Shown here piece by piece: positions 1 to 9,007 of a stretch of DNA of 64,000 bases (position 1 is the stretch's first letter; each line of letters starts with the position of its first letter). Source of the DNA: a virus. The position numbers were made by a program, and so were the translations under genes. The stretch is taken from the IMG/VR virus record IMGVR_UViG_3300045988_182965; one strand, given 5' to 3'. The notes under the pieces were generated by a model, which was not told the origin of the DNA, ran no database searches, and saw only the letters and a program-made list of their open reading frames with translations.

Positions 1-1
1 G

Positions 2-1561
2 ATTTCGTCCAGTGAATATATGCTGCGTGGCCTTTCCAGCGGCGAGGAGTTCTACTATCTGTCTATGCTTATCACGGTTGTGGCGGATACAAAGAAGGAA
101 CTCGATTATAAGTTTGATGCCTTGAAAAAGCGCATCGAAGGTCAAAGCATGAAGATTCGCCGCGCTGATTTCATGATGGAAGAATGCTTTGATTCCTGCC
201 TGCTTCCTCTTGCAAAAATCAATAAGGAGCTGGCAAAGAAATCTCACCGCAATCTTCTGACTTCTGGCGTTGCATCCTGCTATCCGTTCATTTCGTTTGA
301 AATGCAGGACCCGGGCGGCGTTATGGTTGGTACGAACCATGTCAACAACTCCCTGGTCACTATCGATATGTTTGATACTCGCGCTCACGCAAACGCAAAC
401 GCCGTTATCCTGGGCTCTTCCGGTTACGGCAAGACCTTCACCGCACAGCTGTTCGCGCTCCGCTTGTCCGAGATGGATACGCAGGTATTCATCATCTCTC
501 CTCTAAAAGGGCTGGAGGACTACGGCGGCGGGTGTAAGGCGGTCAATGGTCAGTTCGTCTCCATGGACCCCTCTTCGGATAACAACATCAACATCATGGA
601 CATTCGCGCTCCTGACGATGAGGACGCAAAGCTGCTGGATGATTATGAGGCTTCCGGCTCTTTCTTGACCAAAAAGATTCATACGATTCTTTCATTCCTG
701 CACCTGGTCGTGCGCAGTATGACGCAGGAAGAAGAGCAGCTGATTGACGGTTGCCTGTATGCGACATATGCAAAGTTCGGTATCACCCGTGATAACAACT
801 CTATCTACGATAAAAATGGCAACTATAAGGTGATGCCGCTATTGGAAGATTTGCAGGAAGAGATGAGAAAAAAGCCTGAACTGCATACCGTCTGCAACAT
901 CTTGAATCCGCTGATTAACGGTTCTATGGCCTGCTTCAATCACCACACCAACGTAGACCTCGACTCCAAGTACATCGTGTTTGACTTCAACGGTATGAAA
1001 GGCTCTTTGCTTACCATGTCTATGTTCGTGGTTCTGGACTTTGTCTGGACGAAAATCAAAGAGGACCGTACACAGCGCAAAGCCGTATTTATTGACGAAT
1101 GCTGGAAGTTAATTGGCACTGACTCCAACGAGCAGGCAGCTGAAGACGTTGTCGAAATCTTCCGTACAATTCGTGCTTATGGCGGCTCTGCTTTTGCTAT
1201 GACTCAGGATATCTCTCAGTTCTACGAATACAAGGGCGGTAAATACGGTAAGGCAATCATCGGTAACGCTGATACCAAAATCATCATGCACCTGATTCCG
1301 TCCGAAGCAAAAGCCCTTCAGGAAGCCATTCAGCTGACTAGCGTTGAGATGGAAGCGGTATCCAGCTTGCCGCGTGGTCAGGGTCTGGTCTGTTCTGCAT
1401 CCGCAAAGCTGTTCGTTGATTTTGTGGCCGATGACTATGAAGCCAAGGGAATCACGACCGATGCTAAGTCTTTCTACGAACGCCGCAAGGCTCTGGAAAA
1501 GAAAAAGCGTGAGGAAGAAGAGAAGGAAGCGGAAAATACCGTCATTGACGTCGAATTGTGA
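2..1561 (+). CDS. Conjugative transfer ATPase, VirB4/TraE/TrsE-like. C-terminal part only; the gene starts upstream of the window.
   Basis: Open frame from the window edge. Walker A LGSSGYGKTFTAQ and Walker B VFIDECWKL. Long ATPase C-domain and acidic tail typical of Gram-positive VirB4-like (Tn916 Orf16/TcpF-type) proteins. Confidence 0.6.
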   Translation: MSSSEYMLRGLSSGEEFYYLSMLITVVADTKKELDYKFDALKKRIEGQSMKIRRADFMMEECFDSCLLPLAKINKELAKKSHRNLLTSGVASCYPFISFEMQDPGGVMVGTNHVNNSLVTIDMFDTRAHANANAVILGSSGYGKTFTAQLFALRLSEMDTQVFIISPLKGLEDYGGGCKAVNGQFVSMDPSSDNNINIMDIRAPDDEDAKLLDDYEASGSFLTKKIHTILSFLHLVVRSMTQEEEQLIDGCLYATYAKFGITRDNNSIYDKNGNYKVMPLLEDLQEEMRKKPELHTVCNILNPLINGSMACFNHHTNVDLDSKYIVFDFNGMKGSLLTMSMFVVLDFVWTKIKEDRTQRKAVFIDECWKLIGTDSNEQAAEDVVEIFRTIRAYGGSAFAMTQDISQFYEYKGGKYGKAIIGNADTKIIMHLIPSEAKALQEAIQLTSVEMEAVSSLPRGQGLVCSASAKLFVDFVADDYEAKGITTDAKSFYERRKALEKKKREEEEKEAENTVIDVEL

Positions 1562-1817
1562 CATTTGTAAACGGCAAAATAAGACGAAGAGACGATGATT
1601 GCTGCAAGGAATGATACATTTTGGGTAAAATTGTGAATGTACACGTTAAAATGTGTTCCTTTAGCAATTTCAAAATGTGTCATTCTTTTTCTTTTATCCA
1701 TAAAAAAGGCACAATTCAACTTTACGTAAACGCAACGCTAATGCGTTCAATTTATAGTTCACAAACTGCAAAAGTACACAATGTTACTTTTTGCTAGAAA
1801 TGAAAGGAGACATTTGT

Positions 1818-2408
1818 ATGTCTGAAATTCACAATTCCGATATCCGCGAACTGCTGGATGCCATCCCCGTTATTCCCAATGAACTGATGGTCGAGTATCT
1901 CACTCGTCAATATCAGGTCAGCAAAAACATGGCACAGGAAATCATTTACAACGCCTGTCGTAAAGGCTCTAACCGCCGTCCGGCCTGCTATCCTACCAAA
2001 GAGGGGCTGGCAAAAGCTGATTACATCACGATGACGAGCAGCATCCGCAAACGCTGCCGTGCTTTCCGCGTTGCGTGCGAATTTTTGCCGGAGAGTCGTA
2101 GTTTTACGATTCCCAGCGGTACTCCCTGGCTTTTGAGCTTCTGCTTTGATGGCAGCGTCTATTATGTCTGCGAATTTGAACGTGGCAACGAACTTATTTT
2201 GGGAGACACGATTCGGAGCCTTGGCATTCGTGAGGACATGATGCCGGTCACTTCCCGTATCGCAATCCTGGCCCCCGGCGCAAATCGAAAGCTTCTGAGT
2301 GAATGCGGGATTCGTTATTTCTGCATGGTCAGCGACAACTATGACCTGAATGTGACGGAACAAATTGACGACGAGGATGTTTGGAATGGCGTTCCCATCA
2401 TTAAATGA
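1818..2408 (+). CDS. hypothetical protein
   Basis: ORF with RBS AAAGGAGA 7 nt before the ATG at 1818. Protein-like composition, no motif recognised. Confidence 0.45.
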   Translation: MSEIHNSDIRELLDAIPVIPNELMVEYLTRQYQVSKNMAQEIIYNACRKGSNRRPACYPTKEGLAKADYITMTSSIRKRCRAFRVACEFLPESRSFTIPSGTPWLLSFCFDGSVYYVCEFERGNELILGDTIRSLGIREDMMPVTSRIAILAPGANRKLLSECGIRYFCMVSDNYDLNVTEQIDDEDVWNGVPIIK

Positions 2409-3153
2409 TTATAAACGTTGCATCGATAAAAATGATGTCAAACGCAACGCCGGTGATGATGCCCCTGAAGCCGAATATCAAGCCCCGGTTTTGTACAATG
2501 CATCGACAAAGTTCGTAAAAAGCAAGCTCCAAAAGGCAGTGGATGCTTTGAAATCGGTTCCAGATGATGTTCCCTTGAAAAAGCTGCCGGATTCCATTCG
2601 CAATGATGTCTCGATTGAGATTCTTAAAGCCGAGCGGTCAATCCTTGTCTCATTTGAGAGTGATGAAGCCCCTGCACCGTATCAGCGGAAAAACATTGAA
2701 ACGTCAATTCCAAACGATTTCTGTATGGTTTCTATCCCTCAAAGCGGCTTTCTCAAGCTCCGGTTTTCTTCCTTTTTGCCGCCTTTTCAGCATGAGTGGT
2801 ACAGCCGCAAGGCAAAGGCGAAAGACGCTGTTGGGCAGTATTATCTTGATGCCGAATTCGATTACATCACGGAGGCTGCTATCAAGGCATTTATCGCTCA
2901 AAATGGGCCAATCAACCTGCCTTCCGAACAGCTTTTTCTCGTGTTTTGTCGCGGCGTTTCACCCACGAAAAAGACCCCGATTGACAGCAACAATGTCTAT
3001 ACGGGAGCCATCACAAACGCCATTTGCAGGGTGCTCCAACACGGCGACGGATGGGATATGATGAGCTTCCTTTACACCGCAATTCCGACCGAATCTGACC
3101 CATATTTGGATGTGATTCTTTGCTCGAAAACCGACCTCTTCCATTGGCTCTAA
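2365..3153 (+). CDS. hypothetical protein. Start uncertain; overlaps the previous ORF.
   Basis: 262-aa ORF ending at a strong hairpin terminator. Confidence 0.4.
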   Translation: MTTRMFGMAFPSLNDYKRCIDKNDVKRNAGDDAPEAEYQAPVLYNASTKFVKSKLQKAVDALKSVPDDVPLKKLPDSIRNDVSIEILKAERSILVSFESDEAPAPYQRKNIETSIPNDFCMVSIPQSGFLKLRFSSFLPPFQHEWYSRKAKAKDAVGQYYLDAEFDYITEAAIKAFIAQNGPINLPSEQLFLVFCRGVSPTKKTPIDSNNVYTGAITNAICRVLQHGDGWDMMSFLYTAIPTESDPYLDVILCSKTDLFHWL

Positions 3154-3182
3154 CGTAGTCCGACGGTAACATTTTTAGGGAC

Positions 3183-3248
3183 ATAAAAGAGTAACATTTT
3201 TAGGGGGTACATTTTCGTTCCCTAGAAATGTTACTCTTTCTTTTTGAT
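3183..3248 (+). terminator. Rho-independent terminator. About 20-bp near-perfect stem, also containing a GTAACATTTTTAGGG direct repeat.
   Basis: Stem aaaagagtaacatttttaggg ... ccctagaaatgttactcttt followed by CTTTTTG. Confidence 0.7.
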
Positions 3249-3325
3249 TTTATGCGGTACAATATAAATTTCAGCCCTGCGATTCGTATGAGGTACGGAA
3301 TCGAACGGACAACTTTGGTGGTACT

Positions 3326-4603
3326 ATGACGAACGAACAAAAGCTTCTCGTATATCTCTATGGCGTTGATTCTATCCAGCACAAGCAGCTTGCCATTGCT
3401 CTCTCTGACATCCCATATCAATGCGTCACAAAAGCTCTGAGAGCAGCCAAAAAGCACGGGTATGTTGAGGTCTTTATGAGGGATGAATCGCGGTATGTGC
3501 GTATCTCTCCGGACGGTCTGAAATACATCCGAAACACCCAAAAAGACGCTCTGGATGTAGACAAGCGGGCTGCTATGAAGCGACGAATCAAAGGCGAACA
3601 GGGGCGGCTTACTAGGGTGGAAACCACTCTCTGCATGTGCCGGGCGACGGGAATTCAACCTGCCAAGGAAGCTGGCATCAAGCTGATTGATGTTCTTAAT
3701 CCTGAGCAGGATGCGTCCCAATCCTTTATGAGAGACTTCTTCTATGACAAAGGGCTTCTTTTCCTGTCCGATGAAATCTCTGCAACCATCAAGGCGAGCA
3801 GCACGATGGGCGAGGAATACACGCTCGGCCAAAGCCGTCTGGTAGGTATCGTAATCAATCGCACGGGCATTTCTTTTCTTTACTGTACGCTCGATAAGCT
3901 GATGCGATGGGTTGTATCTTACGAACAGCGGCGCGTGAGTGCAGTGATGGAGCTCTTGAAGTCCAGCTCACTTGCAGCAACGGATGAGGACTTCACGACT
4001 GTCTGCAACATGCCGCCCAAGTGTATCGTTATCGGCAAGACCTGTGCTATGGTTCCCAAAATCATTACTGGCGATAAGTACGGCAAAGCAATCGACAGCG
4101 CTGATATCATCAAAGCCCATAACGCAGCAAGGCTCTTGACGCTCGCAAATCTCGAACAGGTCTACAAGTACAGCTATTTCGTTCCTACAAGCTCTATCGG
4201 CGTTGAGCTTCTTACTCGAACGGCAACTTTAACACGGAATGAACTCAATGAAATGATTTCCGTGTGGCTGGATGAAATGGCAGAAAACCATACGATAGTT
4301 AGTGCCGGACGGTATGTGGAAGCTTACATCAATGAACAGCAACACAAAACCATAATGCTACCGGTCATTGAGTTTGAAGAGCTCGAATATCAGAAAAACG
4401 GACGAACGCCTTATCATGTCGTCTGCGAGCGAGGAACGCAAGACGGCATCAGCCGGGCATTAGGAAACAAAGTTCTTGATTTCAAGGATTTCGATAACAT
4501 TACAATGCCAGCGCACAAATATGACGACGACGGAATTCGCCGCGATGGAATAAACCCATTGACGCATAATGGATACAATGAAGAGGAGATGGATGACCAA
4601 TGA
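3326..4603 (+). CDS. Hypothetical protein with a putative N-terminal winged-helix region
   Basis: 425-aa ORF. Preceded by a GCGGTACAAT promoter-like motif at 3246-3263. Confidence 0.45.
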   Translation: MTNEQKLLVYLYGVDSIQHKQLAIALSDIPYQCVTKALRAAKKHGYVEVFMRDESRYVRISPDGLKYIRNTQKDALDVDKRAAMKRRIKGEQGRLTRVETTLCMCRATGIQPAKEAGIKLIDVLNPEQDASQSFMRDFFYDKGLLFLSDEISATIKASSTMGEEYTLGQSRLVGIVINRTGISFLYCTLDKLMRWVVSYEQRRVSAVMELLKSSSLAATDEDFTTVCNMPPKCIVIGKTCAMVPKIITGDKYGKAIDSADIIKAHNAARLLTLANLEQVYKYSYFVPTSSIGVELLTRTATLTRNELNEMISVWLDEMAENHTIVSAGRYVEAYINEQQHKTIMLPVIEFEELEYQKNGRTPYHVVCERGTQDGISRALGNKVLDFKDFDNITMPAHKYDDDGIRRDGINPLTHNGYNEEEMDDQ

Positions 4604-4902
4604 TAGCGATTCGTGTATGTCCAACTTGCAAGCGTAAATTTGAAGCGCGTGTAGGGGAACCCCAAACTTATTGTGAAGAGTGCCTTGAACTCAAGACCAT
4701 GAGTGAATCGTCTGTGTGCTCTTGGTTCTTTGACAACGATGACTTCGATGATGATTTCGATATCCCGGAATCTAAAGAGAATGAAAAGGTGGAGGCACAA
4801 GAGACAAAGCAGAGCAGACAAGTATTTGACTTGATTCCGCCGTACAAGAGAAAGACAAAGCGAATGGACAACGCATTCTTCAAGGAGGCATTAAAGGGTT
4901 GA
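4600..4902 (+). CDS. Small zinc-ribbon protein (CxxC...CxxC) with an acidic tail
   Basis: CPTCKRKF...YCEEC motif. Translationally coupled to the upstream gene by an ATGA overlap. Confidence 0.45.
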   Translation: MIAIRVCPTCKRKFEARVGEPQTYCEECLELKTMSESSVCSWFFDNDDFDDDFDIPESKENEKVEAQETKQSRQVFDLIPPYKRKTKRMDNAFFKEALKG

Positions 4903-5005
4903 CCGAAACTATTGCAACCTCCCGCCGTCTCACCGAGCAATCTAGCAGTACTTTGACTACTAATCGTGAACTTTCATTTAACAAACCGGCTTTCAAATTG
5001 AGAAA

Positions 5006-5027
5006 AAGTGCAATTTATGGTATAATA
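5006..5027 (+). promoter_or_regulatory. Promoter with the element motif GTGCAATTTATGGTATAAT (extended -10)
   Basis: TGgTATAAT preceded by a GTGCGAAT-like box. About 240-nt leader before the CDS at 5263. Confidence 0.5.
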
Positions 5028-5262
5028 CAAATATAGAAAAGAAAGAAATTGTACATACCTCTGACTACAAATTATCCAAATGCAATCCAATCAAAATTCT
5101 TGAATTCGGGAACAGCTGTTCTTCCAGCACTTTCTGGAGTGACGACATAACCAGTTCCAAGACATTTTCAAAGTACAAACAAATCCAAAGTCAAAACCAA
5201 AAAAGCAATCAAAGCACAAAGCACAATGTAGTTAGAGGCCATCTGAATCGGAAGCTTGTCCT

Positions 5263-5931
5263 ATGAAAAGAAAGATTTTAATTCCATACGCGGCAGCAAC
5301 ACTGGCAATGGCGGCCGCAATCTATACAGCCGGAATGCCGTCTGTGGCTTTGGCGAGAACTTATGAGGGCTATAACGGAACGAAGCGTAGCTCTACATCG
5401 GAAGAGACATTTCAGGAAATCAAAGTCCCTGCCTTTGCCTCCATCAAAGAAGTGACGGCGGAGGAGGCACGAAGCGTAGCTGATGGCATTATCGTTTTTG
5501 CATTTCCCACATGCCCTTATTGCCGGAACCTGATGCCGGAACTTATCGAAGCCGCAAAAGAAGATGGAAAGACCCTCTACTATTGCCAGATTGATAACTA
5601 CCGTGACAAGTATGAATTCGATGAGACTCTGAATGGCCCGGTCATGACTGTGGTTCCCGGGAAAGGATATTATGAGCTTCTTGACTGGCTGAGCGATTAC
5701 CTTATCGACTATACCGTGAAAGACGAAAGCGGCGAAAGCGTCAGCGTCGGTGAAAAAAGAATCGGAGCACCCACCATAATTACAGTCCAGAACGGGGCTC
5801 CCGTATCCTCATGGAAACTGAGCATGGTAGAGAACGCCGAGTTCCCCGATAACGCGTATACCCGGTGGAGCCAGGATACGCAGGAAATTGTATCTGAGTC
5901 ACTGCATCAATATTTTGCTGAGGAGGCATAA
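5263..5931 (+). CDS. Secreted thioredoxin-fold protein (CPYC active site)
   Basis: N-terminal signal-like hydrophobic segment. FPTCPYCRNL thioredoxin-type CxxC motif. Confidence 0.6.
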   Translation: MKRKILIPYAAATLAMAAAIYTAGMPSVALARTYEGYNGTKRSSTSEETFQEIKVPAFASIKEVTAEEARSVADGIIVFAFPTCPYCRNLMPELIEAAKEDGKTLYYCQIDNYRDKYEFDETLNGPVMTVVPGKGYYELLDWLSDYLIDYTVKDESGESVSVGEKRIGAPTIITVQNGAPVSSWKLSMVENAEFPDNAYTRWSQDTQEIVSESLHQYFAEEA

Positions 5932-5934
5932 AAT

Positions 5935-6162
5935 ATGTCGAATATCACTGTTGGTCGAATCTTGCTTCTGGACCTTGTGTTTCTTGTTAATTCTGCTTTA
6001 ACTCTTGTTGTCTTCAAGTTCGTTGGTCTTTTGGATATCATGACTACACCGGCCTTGTTCTTCCATTTTGTTGGTTCTTATATTATCCTGGCGTATTTCA
6101 TGTTTTGGATTTATCCGCAGATTCTGGAAGACCGGGAAAATAACGATGACGATGACAAATAA
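5935..6162 (+). CDS. Small membrane protein (two TM helices)
   Basis: 75-aa hydrophobic ORF with an acidic C-terminus, immediately after the thioredoxin-like gene. Confidence 0.4.
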   Translation: MSNITVGRILLLDLVFLVNSALTLVVFKFVGLLDIMTTPALFFHFVGSYIILAYFMFWIYPQILEDRENNDDDDK

Positions 6163-6480
6163 CCTGGTCAAAACCGTAGGCACTCGCTTAAAGCCGAAAG
6201 GTACTTGCTGTAAGCTATTGCTCTGAAAACAACGGCATTTAGGTACTTGCTTGAAAGCCGGAAAGGTACTTACCACAAACACTTGCTCGAAAAGGTACTT
6301 GCCTAAGGTTGAACGAAAGGTGCTTGCAGGAAGCGTAGCCGCAATAGACCACTCCGAAAGTACCGTAGGCCATACAATGAAGTATAGCTGCTTGCAAAGA
6401 AACGAAGGACGGATGACGAAAGCGTAGCCGCTGCCCGATAACAGGCTGCCGGTTGCGTAGCTGCCATTCGTCTTTTTTGG
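6163..6480. repeat. Iteron-like array. At least 6 copies of AAAGGTACTTGC-like units plus GCGTAGC(C/T)GC units.
   Basis: Direct repeats readable in the sequence. Related units recur at 22950-23012 and 55720-55800. Confidence 0.6.
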
Positions 6481-6498
6481 TTTAGAGGAGAGATAAGA

Positions 6499-6732
6499 AT
6501 GGTATATGAGGTAATCAGTCCACGCCCACATGGTTCAGAAACATTCGTGGGATTGCATACAGAATACCCGGAATGCATCGACCCGTTGAGTGTGCAGGAA
6601 GCAATGCTCAGCGGCGGTAACAAAATCACATTCAAGGGCACTGAGAAAGAATATGAGGTGGTCAAGAAAAAGCTGGCAGCCAAAGTCAAGGTAACCATCA
6701 TTAAAGAACAGAAAACGAAGAAAGGAAAATGA
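6499..6732 (+). CDS. hypothetical small protein
   Basis: RBS GGAGAG before the ATG. Lysine-rich C-terminus. Confidence 0.4.
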   Translation: MVYEVISPRPHGSETFVGLHTEYPECIDPLSVQEAMLSGGNKITFKGTEKEYEVVKKKLAAKVKVTIIKEQKTKKGK

Positions 6733-6733
6733 T

Positions 6734-7483
6734 ATGACAAAGATTGATTTCAAGAACATTTATGAAGCGTTTATGCATTGCGATAAAAATAAGCTGAAGA
6801 AAGAATTTGCTGCTATGTATTCCGATAACGAGGAACAGGCGGCAGCAGTCAAGGAAGTCGATAGAGCATTTGCAAGAATGGAGACCGTCACGCCGAAAGC
6901 GGTGAACCCGGATGAACAGAGTATCATTGTGGTTTGCAAGGGATTTGGCGACGAGGGGGATGACACTGTCTGCATCGAAGTGGAAGACCTCCGTAAATGG
7001 AAAGAAGAGCACCTGAAAGAATCTGAACCCATCAGTGATGAGATGCTGACCTTTATGAGCACGGACGAAATCGAGAATGCAGTGATGAAGCAGGACCTTC
7101 CCACGAAATATGCTTTTGAGCTCAGTGCTTGGGATGAGATTCTTAGCTGGAAACTTGCGCCATCCAGCATCTACATCTATGGCCTTGAATTCTGCCTGTC
7201 CCGCGTGTTATGGGAGATGACCTTCTTTGGTGTAGATGCATCCGGCGTTGAGCTGGAAAAGGAAAAGCTCGATACGAGATTTGAGGAAGCGCAGAGGGCT
7301 TTTGATGAAAACAAGGAACCTCGAATCGGATTCTCGATTGAAGACATTGCCAAGAAACTTCTCGGTGATGACTATACCGAAGACTGGTATCCCGAAGAAG
7401 AGCAGGAGCGCGACCGGCGAAATATGGCAATCTCTTCCTACAAGGACAACAACGAGATGGAACGGCTGCTCATGATGCTTTAA
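6734..7483 (+). CDS. hypothetical acidic protein
   Basis: 249-aa ORF, coupled to the upstream ORF by an ATGATATG junction. Confidence 0.45.
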   Translation: MTKIDFKNIYEAFMHCDKNKLKKEFAAMYSDNEEQAAAVKEVDRAFARMETVTPKAVNPDEQSIIVVCKGFGDEGDDTVCIEVEDLRKWKEEHLKESEPISDEMLTFMSTDEIENAVMKQDLPTKYAFELSAWDEILSWKLAPSSIYIYGLEFCLSRVLWEMTFFGVDASGVELEKEKLDTRFEEAQRAFDENKEPRIGFSIEDIAKKLLGDDYTEDWYPEEEQERDRRNMAISSYKDNNEMERLLMML

Positions 7484-7506
7484 GAAAAAGAGAAGGGGAG
7501 AAGGGA

Positions 7507-8346
7507 ATGAGCGAATTTTTTGTGGTGGGAGACATCCACGGGAATTATCGGGAACTGATAAAATCCCTCGATGTAGCTGGCTGGCAGGAAGGTAATACCA
7601 TTATCTGCGTTGGTGATATTACTGACCGTGGAAAAGATAATACCAGAACGGTGTCCTTTCTGCAGGAGCATGAATGTGATGTGAGATTGGTTCAGGGCAA
7701 TCATGAGCTTCAGCATAAGAAGCTGCTGCAGTACTATCATGTGCTAATCAAAGTTCCCCAGATTCGGTTGTTTGCAGCAGGAATATTCAGAACATACAAG
7801 GCAGGATATACTTATCCCAAAACAAAAGAAGAACTCAAAGAGTATGAGTGCAGCGCCGATAAACGAATCGAAATCATTCAGGGAAAGCCTAAGACCTTCT
7901 ATGCTTTTGTTCGAGCCTTTATCGCTTATACATTAGCATGGGAAGACGATAGCCTTTGGAAGATTATTCTGTACTTGCTGGAAGTGATGTGCGGCAATCC
8001 CTATGATGCTGAAAGAACTATATACGAGTACCTCTCCTGTACAAGGAAACAAAGAGCAGCGTTTGAATGGCTTTGGAGTCAGACGGCTACAGAGGTTAAT
8101 ATAGATTATACAGAGCCGTATAAGTATCAGCACATAGTGATTACGCATAATAATCCTTTTGGAAGATATTATAGCTACGACCCGGATGAGTTACGACCTG
8201 GACACGATAAGACGCTCTATATCTTTGGGCACATCCCGCATTCCGAAATCGTCAGGTTCGACAGGGCTTGCTCCGGATGCACTTATCTGGACATTGACAC
8301 ATCTCCGAACTCGGTTGGCGTCATTAAGCTAAGCGATTATCTCTAA
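7507..8346 (+). CDS. Calcineurin-like metallophosphoesterase
   Basis: GDIHGN, GDITDRG and GNHE motifs in the canonical order. Confidence 0.7.
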   Translation: MSEFFVVGDIHGNYRELIKSLDVAGWQEGNTIICVGDITDRGKDNTRTVSFLQEHECDVRLVQGNHELQHKKLLQYYHVLIKVPQIRLFAAGIFRTYKAGYTYPKTKEELKEYECSADKRIEIIQGKPKTFYAFVRAFIAYTLAWEDDSLWKIILYLLEVMCGNPYDAERTIYEYLSCTRKQRAAFEWLWSQTATEVNIDYTEPYKYQHIVITHNNPFGRYYSYDPDELRPGHDKTLYIFGHIPHSEIVRFDRACSGCTYLDIDTSPNSVGVIKLSDYL

Positions 8347-8351
8347 GAAAG

Positions 8352-8400
8352 CATAAGCACCATAGGGGCACAGAGCCTCTGTGGTGCTTTTTCTTTTTGC
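8352..8400 (+). terminator. Hairpin followed by a T-tract
   Basis: agcaccatagggg...cctctgtggtgc followed by TTTTTCTTTTTG. Confidence 0.5.
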
Positions 8401-9007
8401 ATGGGTAAAGTTTCCTTGCTCACACGGAAACAATGCGCAGGCAAGGACTTTCTGACGGCTGTGAGGAGGTAAGGCAGCTAATCTAAAGCCTTGCTATACA
8501 ATACTCTGATGAACTCTCTACTAAGCCCAAATGTGGGCTCAGTGGTTTTTGCGATATCATGGGCATCTGCAAAGATTCCATACTTGTCTTTCGGTGTTGG
8601 CTCTTTCCTATCAGAACAGACAGCCCGACTGGAACGAATCCAAGGCCGAGTATTCAGCTTTCGGCAGAGGACGACCGCCCTATATGATAGGTTCAGAACG
8701 TCTGCAGGGCCTTGTGACAACTGCCAGCTTGTCTTTTTGGCTGCCCGGTTGTCTCAGCAAGCTCTCCTGTAACCAAAACCAGAGACTTGGCTATTCGGCT
8801 TTGATAAAAGCAGTTCACAAAGCGGACTTCCCATTGTATAATAGTGACATACATTTGAATTTCGCAGGACTGATATCAGGTGGAGCAGATGGGCAAGAAT
8901 CGGATGAGCCGCAGGGAAGCGTGAGCAAGGAAAATCACAAAGACCACAAATATAATCTTGGTAGAACGGGAAAATACCGATATCATTCAAGGAGGGAGGA
9001 ATGTGAT

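Noticed and set aside
8531-9007. N-terminal 160 codons of the long ORF 8531-10405
   Set aside because: W/C/R/H-rich, low-complexity translation with no RBS. A good in-frame ATG with a GGAGGGAGG RBS lies at 9008.
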